From: Callorhinchus milii
Taxonomy: Eukaryota
Assembly (NCBI RefSeq): GCF_018977255.1
Contig: NW_024704742.1
Coordinates: 47,432,001 to 47,496,000, forward strand
DNA: 64,000 nt
Direction of reading: 5' to 3'
Below the pieces are notes generated by a model. It made no database searches, was not told the origin of the DNA, and saw nothing but the letters and a program-made list of their open reading frames with translations. The translations under genes were made by a program, and so were the position numbers. Position 1 is the stretch's first letter; every line of letters starts with the position of its first letter. This document shows positions 38,869-52,499 of this stretch, one piece after another.

Positions 38869-39697
38869 GTAAGTAAGAGTGAATTGCCTGTTGTTGGTTC
38901 CTCCTTCTCACCTGCCCTTCTCCCCTCAACATGTTAGCGAATCTGTGAAACCTGATTACCCTCCTGATATATATTAGTAAACTGAGAGGGAATTGTGCCT
39001 GGGAAACCAACCCTCGCCCTTTGCATTGTTGTGCATTATTCTATGCAGCAGCAGCACAAACATCTTTAATACCACTTGTATTAATACATGAAGTCTGTTG
39101 TTTATAACAAGTTCAATGTTGATCACTGTCATGTTATGGTGAACCATTAGTATTGATCAATGTTTTAAATAGCCCAGTACTTTCAGACTACTTGTTCTGG
39201 CTTCATTCCAAAGACTAGAAGCTCACGTCCAATTGCCCACACATTTTTATTTCATTAATATTCTTAAAGCAAATGTTCTAACTTCTACACAGCAAAAGTA
39301 CCCTGAAAATTCACCTCATCGTGAGACTAAACTGGAAGGCTCCTCTGTAAACTTGTGACTGAAACTATACTTATTATGGGCTTGTGGTTAGCATTATCGG
39401 AGGAAAAATCTCTTCATTACAACAATATGCTGTAACAGACATGTGACTGTAGCATAACAATTATATATCCCGCAAATAAATAAAAATGACAATGGTATTG
39501 CGTTATACTTATCCCACGTATAATGGTATATATTGCAAAAGCAATGTCATTTTAAGATAGTGCTAAAACATTCTTAAAATTTGAAAATAATAATGTTCAG
39601 TGGTTAGCACTAAACTTGGTGAGACCTGTTCCTCATGGGTAAAATGATTTGAAGTATCACCTTTCAATTAATAGCAACTTTCATTTTCTGTTATCAG

Positions 39698-39839
39698 GCT
39701 CGTTGATTAAATCTGGTGAGCCACATCCGATGCTGTTAAAACCAGTAAAGTGTGAGCAAAACATGGACCCGTCAGACCATTGCACAAATGAAGTGTCCTC
39801 ATCAGTTATCAGCTCCATAAAGTCTATAATGGCACATGA
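39698..39839 (+). CDS. klf3: KLF3-like exon (SLIKSGEPHPMLLKPVKCEQNMDP...IMAHE)
   Basis: Acceptor tttcattttctgttatcag|, donor GA|GTAAGT; 142 nt, phase 1 to 2. VKCE corresponds to the IKIE SUMO site of KLF3. Confidence 0.88.
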
Positions 39840-42800
39840 GTAAGTACCTTACACGGCGGTTTAAAAAAAAATCATAAGTACATAGATAGATAGATTCAAT
39901 GTGTTACCAGAACAAGTGGTCGATGGGCCCCTTGTATCTGGCATTGTCCTCGGCTCCTAGATTGTGGTTTATTGGAAAGATAATCAAATTAGCTTGTCAG
40001 TTAATGAGTTGTTGTGGCATAGCGCACAAATGTGTGTTATCAAAATAGGTCCCAATAAGTTTTTAAAGTGCACTGGAACATTGTCAAGCCTCGTGCTGGC
40101 ATTGAACCAATCAAAATGTACGTTTCACAACTGACATGAAGTTAGGAAGGTGAAGAATTCTCTTTGAACAGGAGAGTTAAGGTAATGTAAATAAAGTTGT
40201 CAAGATTGTAAAATTGATGGAGTTGGATGGTGACTATAGTAAGTGCTTTGGATACTTACTATAGTTACAAATTGCGCAAGTTACAAATTTAGAAGTTAGT
40301 TGAAATTTGATGGAATGTTTTTGCTCAAAAGTGAAAGACCTACGGACTATGTTACCAGCGCAGATCATTTTACCACAGTTCTAACCCCTTTAATCCAAAC
40401 ATGTGAGAGTTGTCCTGGCCAATAAATCTCCCCATATAAAATTAGTCGTTCACTTATCTCATGTCTGTTTGGGGTTTGGTGTCACTCCTGTACCCTTTGG
40501 AGTTGGGTGTCAAGTGGAAATGAACTGAATGCCAGCAGATATTGCTACCAAGGAGAAGCGTATGACTTCAGGGTTGGGGGGAGAACCTGTTGGAGGAGAC
40601 ACGATGAAGATGTTGGGAATGGACAGCACATCATTGTGTAACGGGAAGAAAATCACAAGGTGTAAACTTCATTTTTATATCTGTCACAACTTGAAAACAT
40701 CAGGCATACCCAACTCTGTCTGTAGTCTTTAACCATCATTTCTGAGATCATTTAATGTACTACATCTGGGTGTGTTGCCTACGGATAGAATCCACACTTG
40801 AGGCATGTCTTAGTGGCCCTCTATCGTCGTCCTTGTAGAAATTTATTTATTGATCTAATAGGTCAGTTTAAGATCTCACTTACCAGCAATACACTGTTAT
40901 CAGTCTGGACCCGATTTACACAGAATACTGTACAGCCCTAGACCATAAATTATGTTATCTTAAATTGATAATAATTAATTATCAATTTAAGATAACATCA
41001 TTTATAGTTTAAGAAATTGTTTGCATTTTGTTTCTCCAACTATAGTTTCTTCATCCTAATCATTACAATGCAATACCTGACTGTTTTGTGATAAGAAATG
41101 GTGTCAGTTGCTATTATAAGATATTTATTACTTCCAATGAATTTGAGAACAGCCACTGATTTGTTTGTAGTCCCTTCATGCCTGTTATCATGATGAACCT
41201 TGCTCTATATTTACACTTTGCTCCCCTACGTTATCAGTACGGTTGCACATCATTAAATAATAATGTAAAGAGGTAAGCTCTGCCCGTTCTTCAATAGAAA
41301 GTCTTTTTACTTTGAATTAGATATAATTTATTGCCCATTGACTTACATACTTGGACTAGAGTACATTTGTGCATCTTTCGCTGGTAATTTCTCTGCAATT
41401 ATTACAATTATCAGAGCATGCCTGATAAATTCTCTGTTTAGATAAGATAGAATAATGGACTGCAAGACAATAATCTCAAGGAATTCAGATACAGAATCAA
41501 CCAGGAGTTTGAAGCTGAATTGTCATGTGAGCACCAAGCTGAGAACAAAGCTTTACGTTCACACCCATATATCATTTATTTTCATATAAACTCAATGAGT
41601 TTATTCCATTATGAAGTTTTTATTTACTGAGAGAGGCTCATAGCAGTTACTTTTGCCCAGTGCATTCTGACTAAGAAGGTGACCACAAAATAGCTCTTTG
41701 GGATGTACCAAGGCAGCAGGACAAGAGGTCATATGTTCAGAGTTGCTCAGGGCAATTTTATGAGAAACAGCAGGAAATATTACTTTAAACAGAGGGTAAT
41801 CAACAGCTGTAACCGGTTACCAAGTGGATGAAGCCAGGATATTGGAGTCATTTAACAAACAGCTTGATGCTGTAATGAAAAGGTAGTGAGTTGTTCTGCT
41901 ATTTAAGCCTCTGTTGTGATTAAGGTGCAGGTGAAATATGATGATGTGCATAATGGGACATTAATGATTGATTATAATACAATGGGGTCAAAATATGGTG
42001 GTGCATAATAGCATTCACTAGTAGCATCTCATTCACTTACAGGATGTATAGTAACCAGCCATGTCTGTTCCCTACCACTTAGTTCCAACACCTCAGAACA
42101 AGGATCCCACAAGTTGTCCATGTTGTACAGATGGTTGATATTCTGTTAACGAGTTTCTTAGTGAACCTTTTTGTGAACTAGAACTCAATGTAAATCTGCC
42201 TTACCGTCACATCTTCAACCCCAATTAGGTAGTAATCCCAATAAGAAATAAGGCAGGCACTTTTTTAAATATAATTTTAAATATTCATAGAATATTAATA
42301 AAGGTGAGTTTGATTTTTGGTAAGTTACCAAAATGCTGATTTTCCTCAATTAAAATAGAGAAACCAGCAAACAAAGATCACTAGTCAGCATTGGTGAATT
42401 TAATCGATACCTTGGGAACATTTATAGGATGTTTATTCTGATCTCCAGGACCAGTTAAATCAGCTTATCATGTTTCCATAAAACATTGCAGCCCCAGAGA
42501 GCACAAAACAAGTCCTTTATTTCACCTGAACCAGTGAAACAGGTTAAATATTGCACGTGACCCTAAGTTTGATTCTGTTTGTTATTATCTCTCTGAATAA
42601 TTATCTGTTCTTTCATAATTTTTCAGCCAGCCACAAATGACTATAATGAGCAACTTGCTTAATAGAACAGATACTTAAAGGACATTGAGGTTTGACTTGT
42701 GCAATAAATTCTGATTATGGTGCTTGGAGAATCTGCTTTGCCCATAAAATATACAGTAAATTCACTTTACAGTATATTTTGTGAAGCACTTTGAGACGTC

Positions 42801-43164
42801 TCAATTATGTGACATGGCGCTACATCAAATTATTATTATAATCCAGAAATTCATCTACATGCCAGTGTTTAATAACTGGTAAGAATGACAAATGGCTTTA
42901 AGGTAGAAACTGTTCTCTGTAATTTATTTTGGTCAACCAGGTATCTGACACATGAGAAAACCTATCACCGTGTTTAAAGAGTATCCAAACCAAACAAAGT
43001 TCCATGTATCCCACCTATACATAAAAATTCCAAAGATATTTATTGGAATGGAATGCTACTCTCTCCCTCGAGAATTTACTTAATTCTGGAAAATATTAGG
43101 CACAGGTTGGTCGGAGCTAAGGCTTAAAGGTCCTAGATTGTCGTTGACTTAAGGGTCCTAGAGC

Positions 43165-43354
43165 ATCCTTCAAGGCCGGTCTCAAGACTCTTCTCTTCGA
43201 CCGTGCCTTTGGTCTCCCTCCCACCTCTCTGCCTTCCCTCACCCCTACACCACCCCTCCTCCATGCTCGGGCCCAGACAGCTGACTGTTCAGCACTTTGG
43301 GACGTCCTCCCGATGTGAAAAGCGCTCTATAAATGTAATTTTGTTGTTGTTGTT
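43165..43354 (+). mobile_element. L2 LINE 3' end (family B)
   Basis: ctcaagactcttctcttcgaccgtgcc...gggacgtcctcccgatgtgaaa, (TTG)n. Confidence 0.85.
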
Positions 43355-44051
43355 GGGGTACTGTTGGAGTCCAACCAGCTAAAACCACATAGCTTGAAAG
43401 CACTGTTTGACATGCTTTCCCGCTGCTTGTCCAGCTAAGACCACCCTACCAGTTACGGCTTTGGCTAGCAGCGTGAACAGGAGATGAGTGTGAAGAGTCC
43501 CAGCCCCTAGTGACTGATCTGTCCTTCCACGTTCTGCCGATGAGCCAAGCTGGCTGAGCAATGCCCTGGAATACTGCAGACTCACCTTACTCAGAAACTG
43601 GACTACTGAGACCGCCACAGAGAGCTGACATTCCGTTGCCAAGCATGTCACCTTGGAGCCAGTTCAGCTCCGAGGAGACCCCTCGTTCCCCCCCGCCCCT
43701 CCTAGTCAATAGTTGGATAGTTGATATCTGGTAAGCACATTTTGAAGAAGAGGCTTGTTAAGGAAGAAACTGTTCCATTGTATAAACGTGTTTATTTTAC
43801 TGTACGTGTCATATAGCAAGTAATTTAATCAACATAGTGAATCATTGTACATACAAAAGAGTCCCTTCTGTCAAAATAAATTACACACAATGAGACTTGA
43901 CACCCTCGTAATACAAATATTTTATCAGTATGAATGATATTTCCATAATGTGAAATGTGTCATAGTGTGCCATGTATACACAAAAGTGCTCTTCAGGCAA
44001 TTAAGTGTCCTTTAAATAAAAACTGCAATTTTTATTCTATAATAATGCAAT

Positions 44052-44428
44052 ATAATCCTTTATATTAATATAGCGCCTTATCACGTCTTCAAGGCATCTC
44101 AAAGCGCTTCACAGAATATACTGTCAAATGAATTGACTGTATATTTTGTTGGCGAAACACAGCAGCCAGTTGCACACAGCAGTGTTCCACAAACAGTCGT
44201 GGATTGAAGTGACCAATTTATTTTTTTTAATTTATTGTTTTGAAGGAATTATTACCCCCGGAAAAGCGATCTGCCAAATCGACAAACAACCAGGTTCCTA
44301 ATTACTACTAGGTAAACAGAGGCGTGTGGAGTAAGGAAACTTGCTCAACATTTCGCCCTGCTGGGAATCAAACCCAGGTCTCTCGCTTGCGAGGCAAGTG
44401 CTCTAACCACTGAGCTCTAGGACTCCAC
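44052..44428 (-). mobile_element. tRNA-Ala SINE, full length, long variant
   Basis: Head, about 65 nt extra internal segment, body and tail. Confidence 0.92.
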
Positions 44429-44949
44429 ATATTAATGTCTGGTCACTCTTTCAAAGTGTATAGAAAATTAAATTAAAAATTTCTAATGGATTTACTCAGA
44501 ACATTTCTGTCATCATCTGTAAGTAAGAAGAGTCATTGTGTAGCTAAACATTTTGAATATATTAAAACTTTAGGCTAAAGAAAAGCACTTTGTGAATTTA
44601 TTTGTGAGGTTGTGACTCAGTTGCAGACATCCTGTGGGTGTGACCTGCAGCTGAAATTACTTTTAGGTGTTGACATCAGTGGTGGAACGTTGCCACACCC
44701 AAGAGCCAGTATCAGAACAACAGGAAACCCTTAATAACCTATTGACGGAGTGGCTCCAGCATTAAATCTCCTGAATTCTGAACGTTTAGGGTGATAAACA
44801 GCATATAAAATGTATGACAGTTATTTTGTAATAAATGTTAACCAAACAAATTTCCTTACAACTATCTAAATTGAACAGTTGTGTTCATTAACCTGATGGA
44901 AATCAATGCTGGAGAATGGAACGCTCGTTTGCTTTGTGCTTGACACTCA

Positions 44950-45410
44950 GTGTTATGGACTATGAGGAGCGACTAAGTAAATTGGGCATGTTCACGCTGG
45001 AAAAGAGAAGATTAAGAGGCCACATGATTGATGTCTTTAAGATTCTTAGGGGGCAAAACGATATAGATCATGACAGGCTGTTTCAACTTGCCCAGAATAG
45101 TAAAACCAGAGAACACGGCCTGCGATTGAAGGGGGTAAATTCAGAACAAATGCACACAAACACTATTTCAGTGAGCAAACAGTGAACCTGTGGAACAGGC
45201 TCCCCATGGAGACGGTTGAAGCAGAAAGTGTTGATTCTTTCAAGCACAGATTGGATAGTTTTAGGAAATAACATTATGGAATATAGTACATAGGTAGTTT
45301 GGGACATATGTGCATGCGAGTTCACCTACAGTGAGTCCATCTAGTTCACCGCCTGGAAGGTGAACTAGATGGACCTTCATTTTTTTTCATCCAACATTTC
45401 TTATGTTCTT
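44950..45410 (+). mobile_element. CR1 LINE 3' fragment
   Basis: YEERLSKLGMFTLEKRRLRGHMIDVFKILRG is the typical CR1 ORF2 C-terminus; tail ttcttatgttctta. Confidence 0.9.
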
Positions 45411-46846
45411 AAGTTGTTAGTGTCAAATAATAATCCCTGCATTTGATATAGCGAATTATCACGTTATTAAGATGTCTCAAAGTGCTTCACAGAATGCACT
45501 CTAATGCGAAATGAATGTATATTTTGTGGGAGAAATGTGCTGCTTGCTCGGGCATAGTTCTGGCCAGTCTCCCTGCCTGGCCAGTCTCCCTACATGTGCT
45601 TTAATCCAAAACTCAGAACAGCAACGCAAGACAAGAATCCAGCATCTTGAATGCTTTTCTGGGTATTAATTCACACTAAGAATAGGTCACTGAGGCTGTG
45701 CTAGTCTTTTTCATGTAGGACCCTTACAGCCTCAGGAGAAGAGACTTTCACCCCACTAGGCTGGATTAGACGCCCCCCCCCCACATCCCAGAGACAAACA
45801 ACAGTGTGCTACCAAATATGCTGCCAAGTTTCTTCAATTCCATGTTTCAATTAGGAAAATTCGCATAAAATATGAAAATTTGCCTTCTGAAGTTGTTATA
45901 ATTTATATTACAATAAAACTCACATAAATCTAATCTGTATAAATCATATAATCTCTTAAATCATACATCTACCAAAACTCCATTCAAGAGTTCATATTCT
46001 ATGCAGGTTTGACATAACTCATACTTTGCATAAATCATATTAAATGCCTTTTCAAAAAAAAACTCCTGCATGGTCCCAAGTGATACGATTTATGTGAAGT
46101 TTACGGTACAGGTATATACGTGAACCGTTTCAATACATTTATGTTCAAGGATAATATTTTAATACTGGATTAGGCCCAATTAAAAATGGGTTAAAGTCCT
46201 CTGACATCTTTAGAAAAATTGTAATTGATTCTAAAGTTTGAGTAGGTAGAAATCCACATTACAGAATTATTCTCCAGCGAGGCACCCCTGGAAAGGGAAC
46301 CATGGTATCTATCACCCCTGGCCACTAAAGTAGTTAATTGCATCTTTATAATGGGAAATGTCATTGGAAAGGCCAAATGAAAAGATGTCTCTTTTTGCAA
46401 TCAGCATTTGATCAACACCTATAGGACAAGCCAAACACCTAAAAGCAACACTCCTACTATTGCCACAAGGGGGTGCACTTCTGAGATTGAGATTTAAGAC
46501 CTTTTCACGTTATCCTAAATTTATACCTTAACTGTGTTCATTCTGCTCAAGTTTATATTTGCACCATTTAAGGCATCAATTCTGCTGCATGATGAGACAG
46601 CGTAGGGAGTGTCTCTTTACCTGGTTGCTTGTTGCTGCTGCTCACTACTGACAATCAGAGAAGTATTCTGCTTTTTACCATCGATATGTACAAAGTGTGC
46701 ATTTAGTGATAATATAATACATTTAAAGGAGGGTTATTGGTGACTTACAGTATTACCTAGTTCACCCACATTCCCTCAAATCCAAAACATTTTAACACCT
46801 CTGGATTCAGTGTTAGTAAATCCCCTGGATTCATCTTGACTCCCAG

Positions 46847-47202
46847 TGGAGTCCTGTAGCATATTAGTTAGAGCACTCACCTCTTCAAGACGTCTCAAAG
46901 CTCTCCACAGAATATACTGTAAAGTGAATTGACTGTATATTTTATGGGTGAAATTCAGCAGCCAATTGCGCACAACAGGGTCCCACTAACAGTCGTGGAT
47001 TGAAGTTATCGATTTATTATTTATTTTTTGAAGGAATTATTAACCCTGGAAAAGTGATCCGCCAATCGACTAACAACCAGGTTCCTACCTACTGCTAGGT
47101 AAACAGAGACGTATGGAGTAAGGAAACTTGCCTAAGATTTTGCTTTTCCATGAATCAAACCCAGGTCTCTCGCCTTCGAGGCAAGTGCTTTAACCACTGA
47201 GC
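46847..47202. mobile_element. Rearranged tRNA-Ala SINE: + strand head (46847-46882) fused to a - strand long-variant body
   Basis: gtggagtcctgtagc...gagcactc immediately followed by reverse-complement body. Confidence 0.8.
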
Positions 47203-48439
47203 ATTAATTCTGAAAGTATAACCAGAATGTGCATTAATTCTGAAAGATGAAATGATAAATGTAAACCTTCTATGTTATAAATAGAACAAAACCAGTTTGC
47301 TTGGTTCAGTGGAAAACATCACTCATGTTGACAGAATAGGATAAAGATAATGCCTGCAGGTAAAGATAACATTTCGCTGTAAAAGCTAATCAAAATAAAA
47401 TCCTGACAGTTTCTGACAAGTTGGCCCACAAATATGCACACTCATACCACTTTACAGTATATCCTTTATCTTTATCCTTTAAAGTATATGCTTTGAGATG
47501 TCTCAACAAATGCAAGGATTAGTATATTATTACTGCTACAGTGAGAAGACAATCGTGGACTACAATACTTAACTTGCAGCCAATCTTTTTGACTGCACTC
47601 TTGGTCATCTCCCACCTCTCCCTCCTTAGATCCCTTCTCCCCCCCCCCCCCCCTCCACCCCACCAAAAAATATGTAGGCACCCTGTCAGCTATGTGAAGA
47701 GTTTTCAAACATTGTTGTTTTTGTTCACCTACAAAATACACAGTCACTCCATTTTGCAATAAATACTGTGAAGCGCTTCAAGACTTCATCCGAACGTGAA
47801 AGGTGCTATGTCGAATGCAAGTATTACTGTTTAACGCTGAATGATGGCAATGTGAGGAAAGACAAGCTCTGGAGAGCAGCTTCTGATAGGAAAAACTTGT
47901 TTAGTGCCAAGTTTAGCAAATCTGATGAACAGATATATTTTAATCTGTGGTTCACTTCAAGATGCTGAATGAATGGCCTGCTGTGCATTTCCAACAATGT
48001 CTGTTTTTATTTCCAGCATTCACAGCTTATCCCTTCCAATTGACCAGAGTTGGCCGGCTTTTTCATTTGTATGCCCCAAATTTTAAAAAATCACTTGTTA
48101 AGAAATAAGTCTAAAATTCTTATAATGCCCATTACATTGAAATGTCTCAAAGAGTTTCATAGAAAATATTGTTGCATGTAGCAACTTTTTTGTAATTGAC
48201 TCCGCAGGCTTTGACATTGCACAGAGCAAAATCCTGCAGAAAGTTATGGAGCAAATAACCAATTTAGTTACATGGTTGTTGGCCATGACACCAGAAGAAA
48301 GTCCCTTCTCTTTTTGAATAGCATCTCAGGATCTCAGTTTAATGTTTTAGCCAAAAGGATGCTGTGCTTTCACAGAAATGCACTGAGATGGCAGCGTACA
48401 CTATGGATTTGAATGTTGGAACTCTATGGCCCACAATGG

Positions 48440-49268
48440 AGCTGAACGTTGACAAAATGGAAGCCATACTCTTTGACTCTCGTCAGCGTTTAAAGTCTCA
48501 TGGTTCTCACCTCTTCCACCTACCCGACCTCCCCCTAAAACTCTCCAAATCCGTACGCAACCTCGGCGTCAGGTTCAACCTCCAATTATTATTCTTCCCC
48601 CACATCCGGTTCCTCACCAGCACCGCCTTCTTCCACCTCCGACGCATCACCCGTCTCCGCCAATAGTTCTCTCCGGAAGCCGCTAAAACCCTGGTCCATG
48701 CCTTTGTCACCTCTCAGCTGGACTATTCTAATGCCCTCCTCACCGGTCTCCCATCCGCTACCATCCATAAAATCCAGATTATACAAAACTCTGCCGCCCG
48801 TGTTTTCACCCGCACCAAACTCCGCTCCCCGATCACCCCAGTCCTGGCCAGACTGCACTGGCTGCCTATCCCAGAGAGGATTGACTTCAAGATCCTCACC
48901 CTTGTTTTCAATTCCCTCCACTCCTCTGCACCCCCCCTACCTCTCTGACCTCTCTCCTCAAAACAGTGCCCGTTGCCTTCGTTCCACCGGGTTTGGCCTC
49001 CTCCTCATCCCCTGAGTCCTCCGCTCCACGCTTGGTGGCCGTGCCTTCAGCCACTACGCCCCGAGGCTCTGGAACTCCCTTCCTCACTCCCTTCGCCTCA
49101 CCCCCTCTCTTCCTATTTTCAGGTCTCGGCTGAAGACCTTTCTTTTCAACCGTGGCTTTGGTCACCTTCCTCCTTCTCCCCCTGATTCGGCCCCGGGATC
49201 CGTTACTGAGAAGCACTCTGAGACGCCATCCGGCGTGGAGGGCGCTATATAAATCCAAGTTGTTGTTG
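48440..49268 (+). mobile_element. L2 LINE 3' fragment (family A) within an old - strand DeuSINE-like element
   Basis: Highly similar to 24014-24823. Host SINE pieces at about 48130-48400 and 49280-49335. Confidence 0.92.
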
Positions 49269-50656
49269 ATTTACTTCCCGACATGGGGCTTAAACCACAA
49301 ACCTGACTCAGGGGAAAACTGTGGTACTAACTGATTCGAGCTATTACTTAAACAACAATCTTTAGATAAATGTTCATCCAGTCCTGTTGACCAAGTACGT
49401 CACTTCAAGCATAAACTATTTTTTGCTGACTGCCTGGTCAAATTCATATCAAGCTATATTGGGACCTTTTTATCTATGACTATAATATTTGTTTGTGAGA
49501 AGATAGAATATTATTTTCAATCTCCCCAACTCAGTTCAAGTACATTGAAAAGGAGAAACTGAAAATTAATAATACTTTTTTTTGTCTTCAAATCCTTTCA
49601 TGTGGATGGAAGCAACAGGTGTTTAGTTATTCTGTGAATGTGATTGTTTTGTCCGCCTAGCTTAAAGTCCACCAGATGAGAAACGCAGCTTTGAAGAATT
49701 TGAGACATTTTAATTGTGCTCAGCTAGACAGAATGTCTTTGAAGGAAGGCAAGTCTTAACAATTTCAGAAGGCAGCAGAATGTGCAGGCTATAGTATATG
49801 GTTTCACTCCCTTAGGCCCAGACTGAGGTTAACCAGTACATGGGTGTTAATAGGGTAGATCTACTGTCAGCTCTACATTATGCTCTCCCTGGGTCACCTA
49901 CAAGTGTAGTTCTGCACATGAACACTTACCAACAGATTGCTCAGTATCAGAGGCATTGTATAGTACAAAAGAACTGCCTTGTGTGCCCTGGGCTAGCAGA
50001 TTTTAGAGAAGGCGCCAACAGAGTTTCAATTCATCTCAGCATCTCCTGGGCTGGAGAGGTGAAAACCACAATGGACAGAATTCCTGCTTCTGATCATTGC
50101 CCAATGACCCTTGCTGTTCAGGTGGATGTTAAAAATCCTATGGTACTATTTGATAGGGGGAAGTTTCTCTCGGTGTCATGGCCAACATTCCCCAGAGATA
50201 AGTAATCACTCACTTCATGGTTTGCGGGATAATGTTGCCGTGTTTGCCTACAAATATATAGTCAAAATTTGATAGTAAAAATCCTGTGAAGCGCTTTGAG
50301 ACATCCTGACAGCACAAGACACTATATCAAAAGCAAAGATGGACAGGAAGTAAAGGGTTGGGTTTGATCACCTCCATTGTAACAAACCTAATGGTTTCAT
50401 ATCCTCCAGCACAACTTCTTTAGGATTTAAATATTCACAAATGCACATCAGTCACACATCAATAGATGGAATTTTTCAGAACCACACCTTTGCCATTCAC
50501 TCACATTTTTTTGACTGTGAAGCTAATTGGATACCTGCAGGTACCTGTTGATGGAATTCAATTTGTCTTTGGACTTGAGGTGAAACCATTTATACGGTTG
50601 AATTGGCGGCAATGAGTGGTATTCTTATTGCAGAAATATGGGTCAAACGTACTTAT

Positions 50657-50968
50657 ATAATAATAATCTTGCATTTGATATAGCGCTTTTCACGTCTTCT
50701 AGACGTCTCAAAGCACTTCACAGAATATGCTGTAAAGTGAATTGACTGTATATTTGTGGGTGAAACGCGGCAGCCAATTGCGCACAGCAGTGTCCCACAA
50801 ACAGTCTTGGATTGAAAATGACCAATTTATTATTATTTTGTTTTGGAAGGATTATTATTTGGCATGTGGAGTAAGGGAACTTGCCCAAGGTTTTGCCCTG
50901 CCTGGAATTGAAACCAGGTGTCTCGCTTGCAAGGCGAGTGCTCTAACCACTGAGCTACAGGACTCCAC
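50657..50968 (-). mobile_element. tRNA-Ala SINE, full length, short variant
   Basis: Complete head, body and tail; acttat on both flanks. Confidence 0.93.
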
Positions 50969-51659
50969 TTATTATGTGGAGACAGTGTAGTCATACCGAC
51001 CTAGAATAGATGAGTAGTCGTTAATCCTCACTTGTTTCATATATTGAATGCATTTTGTTTTTTCATATAGGCCACCTAATTTTCACAGTGTCACTGATAC
51101 TGCAGCGGTAGGGCGGGAGACTGGGATGTTGACTAAGTCCTGAAGGATTTTTTTGCACAATAAAAAATACAGATAGAAAGACGAGATTTCAATTTATAGT
51201 TTTAGCATTGCTGTGGATGTTTTTTAAAAAAAAGTCATTTGCCCCAGAATGTCCCCAAAATTACTTAAATAGTATACATAATGAGTAAGTTTTAAACTTG
51301 GCCATTTCCACAGTGATTTTAGTTTTTAAGTGATTGTATGGAATCTTAATTTGATGCCCAACATTTCTTGTAGATTCAGCCTTTCAGGCCATGAAGCATT
51401 TCAGCAAATTCTTAAATTCAGTTTTACTTTGGAAGCCAGTTCCTTTAAAGAACAGCAGAAGGCTGAGGACCAGCAGATAAAAACTTGGTCCAAAGGTCTA
51501 CACACCCACCAGCACAGCACCTCTGGTCCCCAACTCGACTGGAGTGAGTTCAAGTCTCATATGGATTTTGCACTCACCACCTACTGACCAAGTGGCAAAG
51601 AATCCTACCAACTGAGTCAAACTAAAGAAAAAATAATGTACGGCTCTTTTATTATAAAT

Positions 51660-52030
51660 AATAAGTTTTGATGTCGGTAGAATGTCTCAAAGCAGTCCAC
51701 TGGATTTACTATAAATTGTAGTGATGGTAGTTTATTAGGTGAACACAGAAACTAATTGCGCATAACAATGTCCCACATGAAGAGAATGACCGATTTTATC
51801 TGGGGGATTGTTGGCCAGGACACACCCTTCCCTTTTTGAATAGTGTTATAGGATCTTTAACATTTCTTAAACAGACAGAGTTTAACATCTAATCCGAAGG
51901 AGGGCACTTTCAACAGTGCAGTACTGTACCAGCACTTTATTGGAAAGTCAGCCGAGACTGAGTTTAAAATCCTGTTTAGGGCTTAAACTCACAATCTCTA
52001 CCTCAGAGGCAAGAGTGCTACCACCTGAGG
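51660..52030 (-). mobile_element. Older DeuSINE-like element
   Basis: Reverse complement of the 54091-54510 type. Confidence 0.7.
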
Positions 52031-52499
52031 AAGGCAAAAATGGAAGCCTTTGTTTATATAATACATTGTTCAATAAGCCCCAGAATAATCGTGAGGTCTA
52101 TTTCTGGGTTCCACATATGAAAAGACTGCTTTTGCTCCATAAACTATATATTTCCAATACATACAAATATGGACGTGAAGCAATAGACAGCAAGAGCAAG
52201 TAAAAGAACATTCCAGCTATCATGATATAAGTGAGAATAAAATGAAAGAATGCCTAGAACAATGATTCTTTCTTTTTGTCTCTTTAAAATTGTGTGCCAA
52301 GAAAATGACAGTCTCGTGTTGCAACCATGGGATTTCACATTGATAATATCTACATTTCTTCAGTGGAACACGCAGGCTGGACAATTTTGCAATATAATTC
52401 CTATAAAATATCTGCCCTTGTTTGCAGTGGTTGCTGCTGCACTTTTGATTACCCCTCAACCTTCACGGCTTTGTCCTTGAATGGTTCAGATTGTACCTC

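Noticed and set aside
51071..51107. Possible 37-nt poison exon (tttcatatag| ... GCG|GTAGGG)
   Set aside because: Good acceptor but weak donor, frame-breaking, no homology; not supportable without RNA data.
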